Positions 22,212 through 35,200 of a DNA stretch of 64,000 nucleotides are shown one piece after another. Each line of letters opens with the position of its first letter. Positions within the stretch are counted from its first letter, which is position 1. A program made the position numbers and the translations under genes. The notes below the pieces were generated by a model. It was not told the origin of the DNA and ran no database searches. It was given only the letters and a program-made list of their open reading frames with translations. Source of the DNA: Azolla caroliniana. Lineage: Eukaryota > Plantae > Polypodiophyta. The stretch is from the NCBI GenBank assembly GCA_043228905.1, contig JBHGNT010000001.1, positions 15,624,001-15,688,000 of the forward strand, read 5' to 3'.

Positions 22212-23466
22212 CGATGGATCACCGACCAATGAACCCTAGGCCACAAAAAGAAGGAAATCAAAGGTTTTCTGCACAATACAGAAAGCAACCTTCTAACTCT
22301 CATCGCTCTCATTACTCCCCTTCATCACAGAGCTCAAGCCCGCCGCAACCAACAGTCTTCACCCATTAGCCACGAGCCTATTCCGACTATGTCGATATCC
22401 ATCTCTACCGCCTTGCGTTGATGGCTCGTGGAGAAACACTTGGATGGGTACATCAAAGTCGATGAGGCACCTCCACACCCTGACGCACTAGATATCGCTA
22501 GGAAGCTCAACATTGACACAGTCACCAACTCATCCATCTGGAAAAAGTTGGACCTGTCATCACTAGGTGAAAGGCATTTCGAAATCCCTCTTGCGGAATC
22601 CCTATAGAGATATTTCAGTCCATATTCGTCATCCGCCAAGGCATATAGAAAGAAGGAGATCCCGGATCCCTTTTTCCGCGAAATCGCCAAGTTCCTGTTG
22701 GAGGTCAGATGCGTACATGTAAACGCATATGGGATGCCGAAGCAGAAGGCAGGTATCATCATTGATACCTTTGCAGGGCGTACGATCAATTGGGGGGTCA
22801 TTACGGGGCCGGCGTTACGGGAAGGCCTGCACGCATACCAAGGAGGCAAAAAGTTTAGGCCTATCATACAACAATATCTAACGATACTATTCCCACCCTG
22901 AGGTATGCCGGCACCACAGCCTAGTAAATCCACGCCGCCGCCTCGATCCACTAAGCCAAGGTTAGCGGAGTTAGCCACCACAGAGTGGGAGGATGAACCC
23001 CAACCCGCCTAGCCGAACACACGAACAACACAAGAAGAATAGGCTGAGCACACTGAAGAAGCGGCACAGGAGCCGAAAGCCGAACCACGACAAGAAAGCT
23101 CGAGGGCGAAACGGCGGAGACTGGACAAGAAAGATGGGTGCGGGTTAGTTAAAAACACACTCGCGGCCACGGAGACGACGATCGTGGGCGACAGCTGCAT
23201 AGCTACGGAGCCCAACACCACCTTCGAAGTAATCCGGGAACCACGGTCGATCATTACGGCCCAGTCACAATGGGGGAAAGCCGTATTGATGGCGGAATGC
23301 GAAGTCATGGCGTATACGGACATTCCGGACACGACCCATGAGTTTGGCGCCCTATTACAGTTCGGAACCACTTTTGAACTGATGGAATTCTTGGCAACGC
23401 AGCAGATAAAAGACTCAAAACAAATGGCCGAGGAGCGCGTGAAGCGCCAAATGATCGAGCGCATGT
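22212..23466 (+). pseudogene. Extra post-integrase ORF of family A, N-terminal part
   Basis: Homologous to A2 53438-54056 and 55600-56075 (YGMPKQKAGIIIDTF.GR...WGVITGPALREGLH). Confidence 0.72.
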
Positions 23467-24004
23467 TGTCGTGGAGAAAATTGTCCCTAGGCGGAATCAG
23501 AGAATGATGTGCACGAACCGGCCCTTACACGCGGGCACAAGTTTTGTTGTAATGTACATATTTAGGTACAAGTCGGCTGATGTGAATATCCTACATCGCA
23601 CGGATTTGATAGGTAGGAAATCGAGGCATATCTCTGTCCAAAAGGATAGAGAATAAAGATGATGTAACAAGTTGTAACGACCTCCCTCCTTGGGCTATAA
23701 AAGAGAGGGAGAGGAATCGTAAAAGGTATCGCTTTTATCGAGGACGAAGTGCTATCGAACTAGGACCGAGCTCTTCGCCTTCTTCTTTCTCTGTATTTGC
23801 TCTGTGTAGGTTTTCGAGAGGCTGACTCTGCTCCACGGAACGCCCGAGTGCTTCCGGTAGAGTCTCCATCTCACTCTTTTGTGTGCGTGTGCATAGGCAT
23901 AGGATATTATCGCTCACCGGCCTACCGGTTGTAACCCCTTTTTCATTAGAATATATATATACATATACGCATTCGTCTCGTTTTTGTTGTTTCATTCGGT
24001 TGCG

Positions 24005-24054
<50 letters not shown>

Positions 24055-24165
24055 AAGCACGGTTGTTGTCCTTCTTGCTCCTACTCTTGATCGGTTATTC
24101 CTCGGTCCAAGACCCCTGTGGTCCCGTCTTGTTCTATACGCACGCATGTAAGAACGCGACATATT

Positions 24166-24182
24166 TGGTGAACCCGACGTGA
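24166..24182 (+). promoter_or_regulatory. PBS TGGTGAACCCGACGTGA, complementary to the plant tRNA-Trp 3' end
   Basis: The reverse complement TCACGTCGGGTTCA-CCA matches the recalled plant cytosolic tRNA-Trp end. Confidence 0.8.
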
Positions 24183-25441
24183 AAAGGCGGCAGATGAATA
24201 GAGAAGATGAGGGGAACGGAGCTTGGAGAAGCCATGGCTTCAGCTGAAGATGGTTTAGTGAGTGCGCGTTGTCGTGACGTGGCTTGCCTAGAAGCATAGC
24301 GTTGCGCACACAAAGGATAACGTGAAAGTGAGGAAGGAATCACTGGGATTATGGACGGAAGAGACGAAAGAGTAGAGATGGAGTGAATAGAGATCAATAA
24401 GATATGACAAAATAGGATTTTTAAGGAATATAAGATAAGACAAGATAAGATATAAAATAATATATGAGAAAGTGTATGAAATTTATAATCATTTTCATGA
24501 AAGAGTTACAAAATGATTGTACACGTCGTTGATCCTCCGAACTTTGTCTTGCAAGGTAATCGCTCTTCTCTTTCTTGATCGTAGACCACTACAATCTTCA
24601 CTTCAATATTTTGATAAAGATAAGGCTCGAACCGCCTCCCTCTTGTTGAGAGTTGACCACCACGACCGCCAAGCTAGAGCTCCACCTTTTTCTTGACTTC
24701 TTCCTTTCTTTCTCTATTTTATGGTATCTCTTATGTAATATATATTTGATTGATATCTCATACCCATCCCCCTTTGATCTTCTCTTTCACCATTTAAATA
24801 GGTGCCCCCATGCATATGATGCATTGGAGGGTACAAGTCATGCATGTAGTGCATGAAATGCATGTGATGCATGATCGCCATTTGGCGTTCATGCATTACA
24901 TGTGATGCATGATAAACATCTCGCTCATTTGAGCTTTTATGTATGAAACAATATATGCAATAACAATAAACATGAAAATAAAATCTTAAAGAGAAAGGGC
25001 CTAGCCTAATGGTAGGTGTGTTGACTTTGGTGTATGAGGTTGTGGGTTTGAGTCTCAAAATACTATTGAATACAACATACAACTTTATTCTTATATCATG
25101 AAGCAAATCCTTTTATGTAATATAAAGTATATATAAAGTATGCTTTATTTTATGTATATTACTAGTATAGAGTAAATGGTAAGATTTGAGAGTCATAGGG
25201 TGGGGTTATTGGTTCAAGTCCTTTCTTGTTCGTGTAATATAATATATATATATATATATATAATTTTTCTTTACACATATATAATATTATCATATGTGTT
25301 GTTAATATTATCTTTATATATAAAACATTATCAAATGTTATTTTAGTTACGTATTTATCTTATTGTAGACTTTTAATGTGAAGCTTTCGTACTTCACGAC
25401 ATCCACCCCCTCTAGACCTGCACATCCTCTGGCATGTGCCA

Positions 25442-28400
25442 CTATCTTTCATCTTCATGTTGATCTATTGGAGGAGGTTCAAGCTCAAACCTTTTCTTAA
25501 ATACTTTTATCCTCTTTCCAGCTACCACGTTTAGGATTAGTGTCCCATCCAATTCACTAAGCTTATAAGTAAAGTTATCATATACTTTTCTTACTATATA
25601 AGGCCCAAACCATCTTTCAGCAAACTTGCGGACGGTGCTATGTTGATTATCTAAACTGCTATCATACACGAGCACCCAATCTCCTTCTTCTATTTTCTTA
25701 GGTCGAATTCTATCAGTTTTATCAAAACGGATTTTATTCTTTAGTCGAGCCTCCTTCAATCGTTGGGCTGCTATTTCTATATCTTCAGGTCGACGCTCTA
25801 ATTGTTGAATTCGCAAAGCAAGTAATTCTTCTCTGCTCACCTCTTCTCTCCATGGAATAGATATCCATGACATAATTGATTCTTCTATCGGCATGATGGG
25901 CTTTTGGCCAAGTATCAATTCAGCTGGCATGTATCCTGTTACTGAACTATGAGTTGTTCGATCCGCCCATAGTGCATAAGGTAGCATGCGTGGCCAATCT
26001 CTTATTTTACCTTTACAGCTTTTCACGATCGCCTTAACTACTGAGCTATGTCCTCTTTCAATCTTTCCATTGGCTTCTGGATTATACGCAGTTGTAAGTG
26101 ATAATTTGACCCCTATTCGGCTGAAGAAATCTCTAGCTTCATCAGAGTCGAGTTCTCCTCTATCTGCAATTATTTTACCAACACACCCGTAACGGCATAT
26201 TACATCTTCTAATAAAAATTTACATACAGCTCTAGTTGTTTTTTGTCGTAGTGGTCTTCCTTCTACTTGGTTTGTAAGGTCTTCTCTTGCTAGTACTAAA
26301 TATCGCATTTGACCTTCCCCAAGTGGCATTGTCACTAAATCAACCATCCATTTATAATGCATTGATGATGAATATGTTGGTTTTAGCTCATCTCGATACC
26401 GGATAGTTGAATACCTTTGGCAAACCTCACAGGTTTCCACAAATTTCGTTACATCTTTATACATATGTGGCCACCAATACTTTTCTTTCAACTTCATAAA
26501 TGTCGCCCATATGCCTCTATGTCCTGCCCACAAACTATCATGGAATTCATTAATTAATTTTCTCTTAATGTCATCCTTACAAATGACTCGAAGAGGATTT
26601 TCGGTTGGCCTTTTTGGACGCCTCCATAAATGCCCTTCATGTAAAAAAAACTTGAATGCTCGTCTTCGAAATTCATTTAATTGTTTCTTCGACCATGATG
26701 GGTTGGCTTCTTGAGTCTTTAGAAAATTTCCTATTTCTAACCATTGACCTTCATACTCTGTGTCTTTGAACATTATACTTACATTAAACTCATCATGAGG
26801 CGTAATAGATTCTTGATGAGCAAATTGATGGCTTGTAGTTGCCCAGTTCTTATCTTCAGTTTGCATCACCTTTTCATTTATGAACCTTGCCCTTGACAGC
26901 ATATCTGCAACTGGGTTGTCTTTTCCCTTTATATGCCGCAATTTTGGGTTCATGGTTCTGATGTATGCAATCCACCGAAGCATTGCAATATCTGGTGTCG
27001 TGCAACTTGCTATCATTCCAATGAGTGGCAAACAATCTGTTTCAACCACGACATATGCTCCAATCAAGTAATCTCTATCTGTTTTTAATGCAGTAAGCAA
27101 ACCCCACAATTCTCGTTTAACTTGTGCATAGTTTCTTTGTCTTTCATTTAATATCTTTGCTCCAAATCTGATAGCATATTGATGTTGGTCTTCATCTTCT
27201 TAGTTGATAACCCAACCGATCCCGATTGGGCTAGTATCAACTGTTACTATAATTGATCTTTCACCTTTGTAGTCTGGTTGACGAAGAACTGGTGCTTTCA
27301 GTAATGCTTCTTTCAGCTGTTGAACAACTTGTGTATGTTCATCAGTCCAAATAAACTTCTTTCCTTTTCTTAAAAGTTGGTAGAGAGGATCTGAGACATG
27401 TGCAAAGTGTGGTAACCAAATATGATAAAACACACATGCACCCAAAAATCTTCTCACCTCTGTTACCGAGTCGCAAACTTCCTTCATATTTTGTATTGCG
27501 TTAATTTTGATCGGTGAAGGCTTCCTCCCATACCACCCACACATATGACCAACTATTAGAACTTCGTTTTGCCCAAAGCAAGACTTTGTTCCTGATAGTG
27601 TCAAATGTACCTGCTCAAGCTTATTTAAAATACTTTCACAGTCATTAATGTGATCCATCACAAACTTTCTGCAACCATTTCCAACCATAGTCTCATCTTT
27701 CTCTCTTTCTAAGCATCCCTTAATAGGAATATCATCTAAAAATGGCATAGTTACCTTTGGGATGTACTCATGTAGAACCTTGTTCATTGCATTCATCATA
27801 TGAGCAACTGAATTTGTCGCACCTTGAGGTAGAGTGCACATTCGAACCAACCCAATTGGTGTTTTTATTGTTGTGATATTGCGACTATCAATTGCTAGTT
27901 GAAATTGGTCGTATCCTGAATATAGGTCTCCCACAGAGTAAATCGCTCTTCCAGCAAACGCTTCCGCAAATTCATCAACGATCGGTCCGATTCCCGCATT
28001 TCGGATTGTGACCTTGTTGACTGGTTGTAGATCTTGAATGAATCTTAGAGAACCATCTTTCTTTGGAACTGTGAACCATCTATTGGAGTATGGTGCATTT
28101 GAAGGCTCTAAAATCTTCATCTTGACTTTATCCTTCAACAGCTCCAACAATTGAGGTAATCGAGCTCTCGGTACTGCAATAGGTTTAAAATTCCAAGGAA
28201 TATGAGGGATAGTAAATATTACCATTGGCGTCACCACCTTTGGATTTACACAACCAATCTCCTCAGCTTTGAATGCGAACGCTTTCCCATGCCTAAAGAT
28301 CATTTCTTTGAAAGTCGCGATCTCTGATTGCAGAAGAAATTCACCCCTTCCAATTCTCAAGTTATTTATTGTCTCCGAAGTGAAGTGATGTCCAATCTTC

Positions 28401-28900
28401 TCTATTGGTCGAAGCATAGGCTCAGTTGCTGCTGCCTCCATCTTCTCTTCACTACTAATAGGTAATGGTACTACAACAGGTTTGACCTTTTTATCTATTG
28501 TTTTGTATTTTGTATTACATAAACTTTCTACTTCTTCATATTTACAATTATACCTATCAATCTCATAATACATGTCAATTGAGTTTACATGTATCTTTCT
28601 AACATTCTCATCATCTTCTTTCAAATACATTTCTAACTCTTCTAAAGTATTTGCAAAAGAAATTTCTTCCATAACACTTTCAATCTGCTCTTCCATTTCA
28701 AGTACTCCATTATCCTTCAATGCCTGCTGAAACAGATTAGCATTCTTTTTCAAGTTCCTCTTGCATTCATACATCCTAGTCACACATATAGCACCACTTT
28801 CAGAAACACGAAATGACTTATTCATATGTTGTAATGCCCTATATGAGGGTCTTTTAATAATGGGACTATTGCAACCCTCACTCGCAACAGTCCTAGTCAA
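25442..28900 (-). pseudogene. Element C pol (RT LPQGATNS/FLDD, RNase H, integrase WFGPY), one TAA at 27200
   Basis: ORFs 27200-28972 and 25442-27109 are in the same frame. Confidence 0.92.
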
Positions 28901-31067
28901 AAACCTGATTATCAAAATCATCATAGTCTTTTGGTATTGAATGATCACGAAGCTCTTGCTTGTTCCTCTCACGATTTGGGCGAACTGTCATAAATTGTAT
29001 AGTTCGTCGTCCATCTTGGCTACGGATTTTCACATAGGCAGAACCATTGTCGAGGACTTCGGTCTCCATCCGTACCGCTATAATGTATGGTTACCCCAAG
29101 ATTATTGGATAGGTAGATCCTTCCTGCACAAAGAAATGTTGATCTACCTCTATATCACCAATAGTAACCTTTACATTTGGGCATGCACCAAATAAATCTT
29201 CCGTGACTGATGTGGCAGCTTTTACTCGCCAACCATGTTGAGTATCAATTGGCCATCTACCTTTCCTGTAAAAATCAGCACTCATTATATTTATTTCAGA
29301 ACCATGATCAATAAGTGCCATCACGGGGTCTGGAACATTTCCAATCTTCACATGATGCTCAGTAGTGGCGCTTGCCCAACATTTGCGAGAGTGATGGCTT
29401 CTTACATCTGTTGAATTTATCATTGAGGTTGATGCATGTTGAGAGTCAACAACGATATTGTTTGACTCGTTGCTCACCACTTCATATGCCACCTTCGGAT
29501 TTGTCTCTTTAACCTGCTCATTTACTTGCTTCTTTCTTCGCACAATATCAATTATTTCATCATGAAATTCCTTTTTTGCAATACCTAACACTTCTCTTAG
29601 TGTAAATTCTACTCAACTGTCTAGTATTCTTGTTTCTAAAATTTTCTTTAAATCTGTATCCTTTTCAATATCAGACATTAATTTGAATGAAGGACCAGAT
29701 TTACCTTTTTCAACTTTTGCGTCCATCTCTTTTCTTTTGCTTTCTCTTGTTTCATGCTTTTTGGTTGAGCCAATCTCATCATCCGATCTTTTCCTTTTCT
29801 CTTCCACTATCACCTCATGCTCTTGGTGTTCTGCCATCTGAGCATAGACCGTCATAGCATCTACTGGAACATCCCATCCAGTGTTTTTCCTTACAGAATC
29901 TCCGGCAACACGAAGGTCTTCCATCTTCATCTTTTGCTTTTGTGCGGTACTTACAACCTTCTCCCAGAATGATGGCCGAGATGGCATGTCATCAAGGCGC
30001 ATTCCTACCGTTGCCGAGTAGTACATTGCGGAAGCCTTCTTTGCTTCAGCTTCTTCAAATTTAACCTTAACACCACCATCACCAAAGTTCTTTGTAAGTG
30101 GACTTCTAGTTTCAGTTAAATAAATGTTACCATTTTTCCAATACACCAAGTCTTGATTTTCCATGTCTTTATATTCCACACAATCACGTAATCGATGTTC
30201 GAGGCTATCACACCACATGCATTGAGGTTGAAATGGTTCCCTTGACCTCGAAGTCTGACCATTCTCAAGCTTTGCCACTTTAATTGTTAGATCTTTCATA
30301 CTTTGAACTAAATCATCAAGCAAAGACTCGCTCTTAGTTTCGATCATTTCTCGTGGTTGATGGACCATTTCGTGTGATGGTTCTCGACCAAGTCTTTGAA
30401 CTTCGATGTTTTGCTCAAGCCGATTTGTGATTCCCACATGTGGTATTTGTAGCATTACACCATTCCTTTGCATTCTTTTCATAAATTTATTACAAGCATT
30501 TGTTACCTCATTCCAATCTGTCGTTATACCATCCTCGGTATTTGGCACTTCAAGCATAAATTCCAATTCTTTTCTATATCTCTTGTCAACTGCCTGCAAA
30601 AATAAAGCAACCTTTTGCCAAGACAAAGAATTTCTTTCTTCTGGCTTTAAGTGTCCATACATCCTATCAAACTCTTTTTTTGTGTCAGCCACAGATAACC
30701 CTTTATCTTCTTTTAAGATCCATTCATGAAATGAACGCATAGTAACTCGAGAGAAATCCTCACGAGCATATTCAGACACAAGTGCTTCTTTGAATGCATT
30801 CCAATCCAAACTATGCAATGCTTGTATTTCATGAATTCTATCTCTTAATTCCATGTCCACTAATTTATAAAAGTTTGCTATCATATTGACATCATTTATA
30901 CCAGACATTTCCATTTCATCATAATATATATTCACATACTTCGAAATATTTGTGCCATCAAACATACCAATCTTCTCTCGGACTTCTCGTAAGGCATGAA
31001 ATAATCGATCTTGATTCAACTTTTCAATAAACAACATTACCGGATCCATTGTACTCGTACTTGCCAT
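28894..31067 (-). pseudogene. Element C gag-protease (CMWCDSLEHRLRDC; ALIDHGSEIN), two in-frame stops
   Basis: ORFs 29613-31067 and 29091-29591 read through to ..DNQVFD*. Confidence 0.88.
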
Positions 31068-32261
31068 GTTGATGTTGATCTTTACTTTAGATGTCTCTTC
31101 TGCTTCCCCGTTTCACGTCGGGTTGTGTCGTGACATGGCTCGCCTAGAAGCATAGCGTTGTGCACACAAAGGATAACGTGAAAGTGAGGAAGGAATCACT
31201 GGGATTATGGACGGAAGAGACGAAAGAGTAGAGATGGAGTGAATAGAGATCAATAAGATATGACAAAATAGGATTTTTAAGGAATATAAGATAAGACAAG
31301 ATAAGATATAAAATAATATATGAGAAAGTGTATGAAATTTATAATCATTTTCATGAAAGAGTTACAAAATGATTGTACACGTCGTTGATCCTCCGAACTT
31401 TGTCTTGCAAGGTAATCGCTCTTCTCTTTCTTGATCGTAGACCACTACAATCTTCACTTCAATATTTTGATAAAGATAAGGCTCGAACCGCCTCCCTCTT
31501 GTTGAGAGTTGACCACCACGACCGCCAAGCTAGAGCTCCACCTTTTTCTTGACTTCTTCCTTTCTTTCTCTATTTTATGGTATCTCTTATGTAATATATA
31601 TTTGATTGATATCTCATACCCACCCCCCTTTGATCTTCTCATTCACCATTTAAATAGGTGCCCCCATGCATATGATGCATTGGAGGGTACAAGTCATGCA
31701 TGTAGTGCATGAAATGCATGTGATGCATGATCGCCATTTGGCGTTCATGCATTACATGTGATGCATGATAAACATCTCGCTCATTTGAGCTTTTATGTAT
31801 GAAACAATATATGCAATAACAATAAACATGAAAATAAAATCTTAAAGAGAAAGGGCCTAGCCTAATGGTAGGTGTGTTGACTTTGGTGTATGAGGTTGTG
31901 GGTTTGAGTCTCAAAATACTATTGAATACAACATACAACTTTATTCTTATATCATGAAGCAAATCCTTTTATGTAATATAAAGTATATATAAAGTATGCT
32001 TTATTTTATGTATATTACTAGTATAGAGTAAATGGTAAGATTTGAGAGTCATAGGGTGGGGTTATTGGTTCAAGTCCTTTCTTGTTCGTGTAATATAATA
32101 TATATATATATATATATAATTTTTCTTTACACATATATAATATTATCATATGTGTTGTTAATATTATCTTTATATATAAAACATTATCAAATGTTATTTT
32201 AGTTACGTATTTATCTTATTGTAGACTTTTAATGTGAAGCTTTCGTACTTCACGACAGCGT

Positions 32262-35200
32262 GAAGGCACAGGTGCCCTCGATAGGGTTATTGAAGCAATC
32301 TTTGGCACAATAGGCCGGCTTGGTGGAAAGGACGCGACGAGCTACTTGGAGCCCTACCGAGCCGAAATGGTGATGAGGGACATTCCGGAAGACAGGAGAC
32401 TGGCCAGATTCCCTCGGGTGGCGATGCCAGGCATCCACGCGGAGGTGCTCAAGGTACGGGCTGAGAACCGGACCTGGGAAGAGTTTGAAGGTCAGCTTCT
32501 TGAGAAATACGGGCTTGATGACGCACTTCAGCTATTGAAGCGGGGCTTCATGGAATGGGTGGAGACACCCGAAAAGGGGAGAAATGCGTCGGTGCTCCTC
32601 CAGGAGTTCGAAGAACGCTTCGCGCATCTTTCGGCACTTGACCAGACCGTACTGGACACAAATCGTGTCCTATTATTTGTTAAATCAATGGACATGAGGG
32701 ACCGGGAGCAAGTGGGCCTCTTGCTGGATATCGATGATGGGCTAACGGCCGACTGGGCCGTGGTGAAGAGAGTTTGCGGCCATTTCAACAAATGGCGTGA
32801 GTGGGTCGATAAAGGCTCGTCGGGGGCGGGTTCTGTTGTGGAAAGGAAGCTCGAGGTACCCCCACCAGCGCGAAGGGAGGAGAACTGAGACTGGCTCGAC
32901 ACTGGCTCAACTTCGACCAGCATGGTCAAAGGCCCGTCCGGAGGAGCGGCTCTGGATTAGCTGACTCAAATGGTGAGGGACCTCCAGATTGCATAGGCGC
33001 GAAGGGACGACAGCGAACAAGCCCGTGACCGAAGGCCTTCGGCTGGGCATCGGTTCTTGTGGTGCAACGCGGTCGGCCACGTCTGAAAGGACTGCGAGGA
33101 CTTCGCCAAAGCGATAAGGGCCTACGTGGTGTACCTGTGGAACGGGTGGGTACATGCTAGCAAAACCCGGAGGGCCCTGGATCTGAACGTCGGACGAGGG
33201 GGGATGAAACGGCTGATGGAGGAAGCGGTGGCTCGCCACGTGGAGACCATCCACTACTCGGCGTCGGCAGGAATCCGGGTCGGGAGTGATGAAGTCCGGA
33301 AAACGAAGGACTCCGGGTTCGGGCCATTGATGCTAGAAGGCCTAGCCGGCGTACGGCTGAGGAAAGAGGAAGCGGACCGCACAGAAAGACGGGTCGAGGA
33401 GGTAACCGGGTGGAGTGACCAAGTCGAAGAGAAGACGGGCTTCATGGAAGCCACGTGCTAGAACTACGAGGTTCTAGTGGAAGACAAGCACGCGGGAAAG
33501 ACCAAGGGGGCTGGACCCTCACAACGGTATGAAACCCGTTTGGCCGTAGCAGAATGATGTCAGTGCATCCGATGCACCGGACAAGGCCAAGAAGGCCGGT
33601 TACCGGTTGAACATAGAGATCAAAAGGACCACGGACCTACGAAAGGTCCTGGAGGAACGGATCCTTGACAGCAAAGTGGAGCTGTCGCTCAGGGAAGTGC
33701 TCGGTATCGCCAAGAAGGAGTTCCACGACTCCATCGTAGACTTGGTGAAGCGGAAAAGGCTTTCGACGGAACCGGAGCCGGAGAAGCCGGTGGAGGTGCG
33801 AACGACGCACCTAGAAGACATGGCCGTAGAGGACGAGTTGGCGAAAAGCTACTATTCGAGGCTACATTGGGCTAGGGCCACTACGGAAACCCTAGTTCGG
33901 ATCGGGGACGTCCAGGAGCTGGTGGTGGCATTGGTAGACTACGGTTCGGAGATCAACTTGATGTCCATGGACTTCTACAAGAAGGGAAAGTGGCCGATCA
34001 CCACCAAGCACGGGTGGAAGATATGGGCAACAACGCACGCCACGGAGGAGCTACACGGAGCCTGCCCAAATGTACGAGTGAAAATCGGCGATGTCAAGAT
34101 TGATCAACAGTTCTTTGTGCAGGAGACGTCCTCGCATCCGGTAATACTCGGAGAACCGTACATCACGGTGGCGCGCATGGAGACTAAGGTGATGGACAAT
34201 GGTTCGGCATATGCCCAAGTCAAAAGCCAGGATGGGCGTCACTCCATTCAGTTTTTGACGGTACGACCGAACCATGAGCGTAACTGCGAGACCCTCGGCG
34301 GCGAAAGCCAAGGGGATTTTTCGAGAGGGCTATCAAGGCGTGGGGACGCGATAGTCCGAACACCCTAGAAAAACCCCGCACATGTACAATAGGCAGAAGA
34401 ACCTGTAACATATGTAGGAAGTTTTGGTTCTCCGACAGCGGAGGTTCTACAATAGCTGGCGTCGTTGGCCGGGAGAAGAAGCAGGCAGAAGAGTGACTCA
34501 GTGCAATTGGAGTCCTCGCTCCCGAAGAGGAAATCAACGGAGCCGTGGAGGCGGTCTCTCTTGACGACACCTGGGGGAAGTTACGGAAGATGTTCAGAGA
34601 GGGCCTTAGTGAAGACTGGACGATTCCGGTATGTTCGAAAAAGATGTACGAAGTCATCGCCGACTTCGGTGGAGGACTCGAGTCGGCTCGGACGGCTCGA
34701 GTGAATACAAAGTACAAGATTGTGGACCAGAAGGTGAGGCCAGTCACGGCACCCTTGCCGGAGGGCAGCGAGCTACGGATTCAGGGGGTCGCGTCAAACC
34801 CAAGTTTATGAGATCTGGCTGGCATAGGACACTGATTCACTGACATAACGCTACGAGAGCTCAAGGTCGGTGGCGGTGGCTTTCTATTGCCCGCGGAGGA
34901 GGACTGGTTTTCGAGAATGCTCGAGAGGCACGGAAAGGCCTTCGCGTTCTCGCCGGAGGAGATCGGGTGCGTAGACCCGACGATTGTGGAATCGATGGTG
35001 ATCTTCACGGTACCACATGTACCGTGGAATCTCAAACCGATTCCAGTACCCAGAGCTCACATCCCGAAGCTGATGGAGCTGCTGAAACAAAAGGTGGACA
35101 TGGGCATCCTCAAACCATCGAGTGCCCCGTATTCTAATCGGTGGTTTACCGTGCCCAAGAAGAACGGCACGACCTGCAACCGGTCAACAAGGTGACCATT

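Larger units (their letters stand above)
24270..32257 (-). mobile_element. Gypsy element C (AT-rich, same lineage as B), nested in the start of B gag
   Basis: 1132-bp LTRs (24270-25401 and 31126-32257) with about 5 differences. TSD GCGT at 24266-24269 and 32258-32261. PPT GAGGGGGTGGA on the minus strand at 25402-25412. Confidence 0.96.

Noticed and set aside
24007-24052. (GT)n, (GA)n and (AT)n microsatellites
   Set aside because: They are ordinary LTR-internal simple repeats, duplicated along with their LTRs.
24166-24182. tRNA gene fragments
   Set aside because: They are short primer binding sites only, with no cloverleaf.
24653-25106. His/Met-rich ORFs in the C LTRs and the many short antisense ORFs across the window
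   Set aside because: These are low-complexity LTR sequence or shadow frames of gag-pol, with no domain evidence.
25442-31067. In-frame stops (CGA/CAA>TGA/TAA) as programmed readthrough or U-to-C editing sites
   Set aside because: Such stops are scattered at different positions in all old elements, as expected from methyl-C deamination. U-to-C editing is known from organelles.
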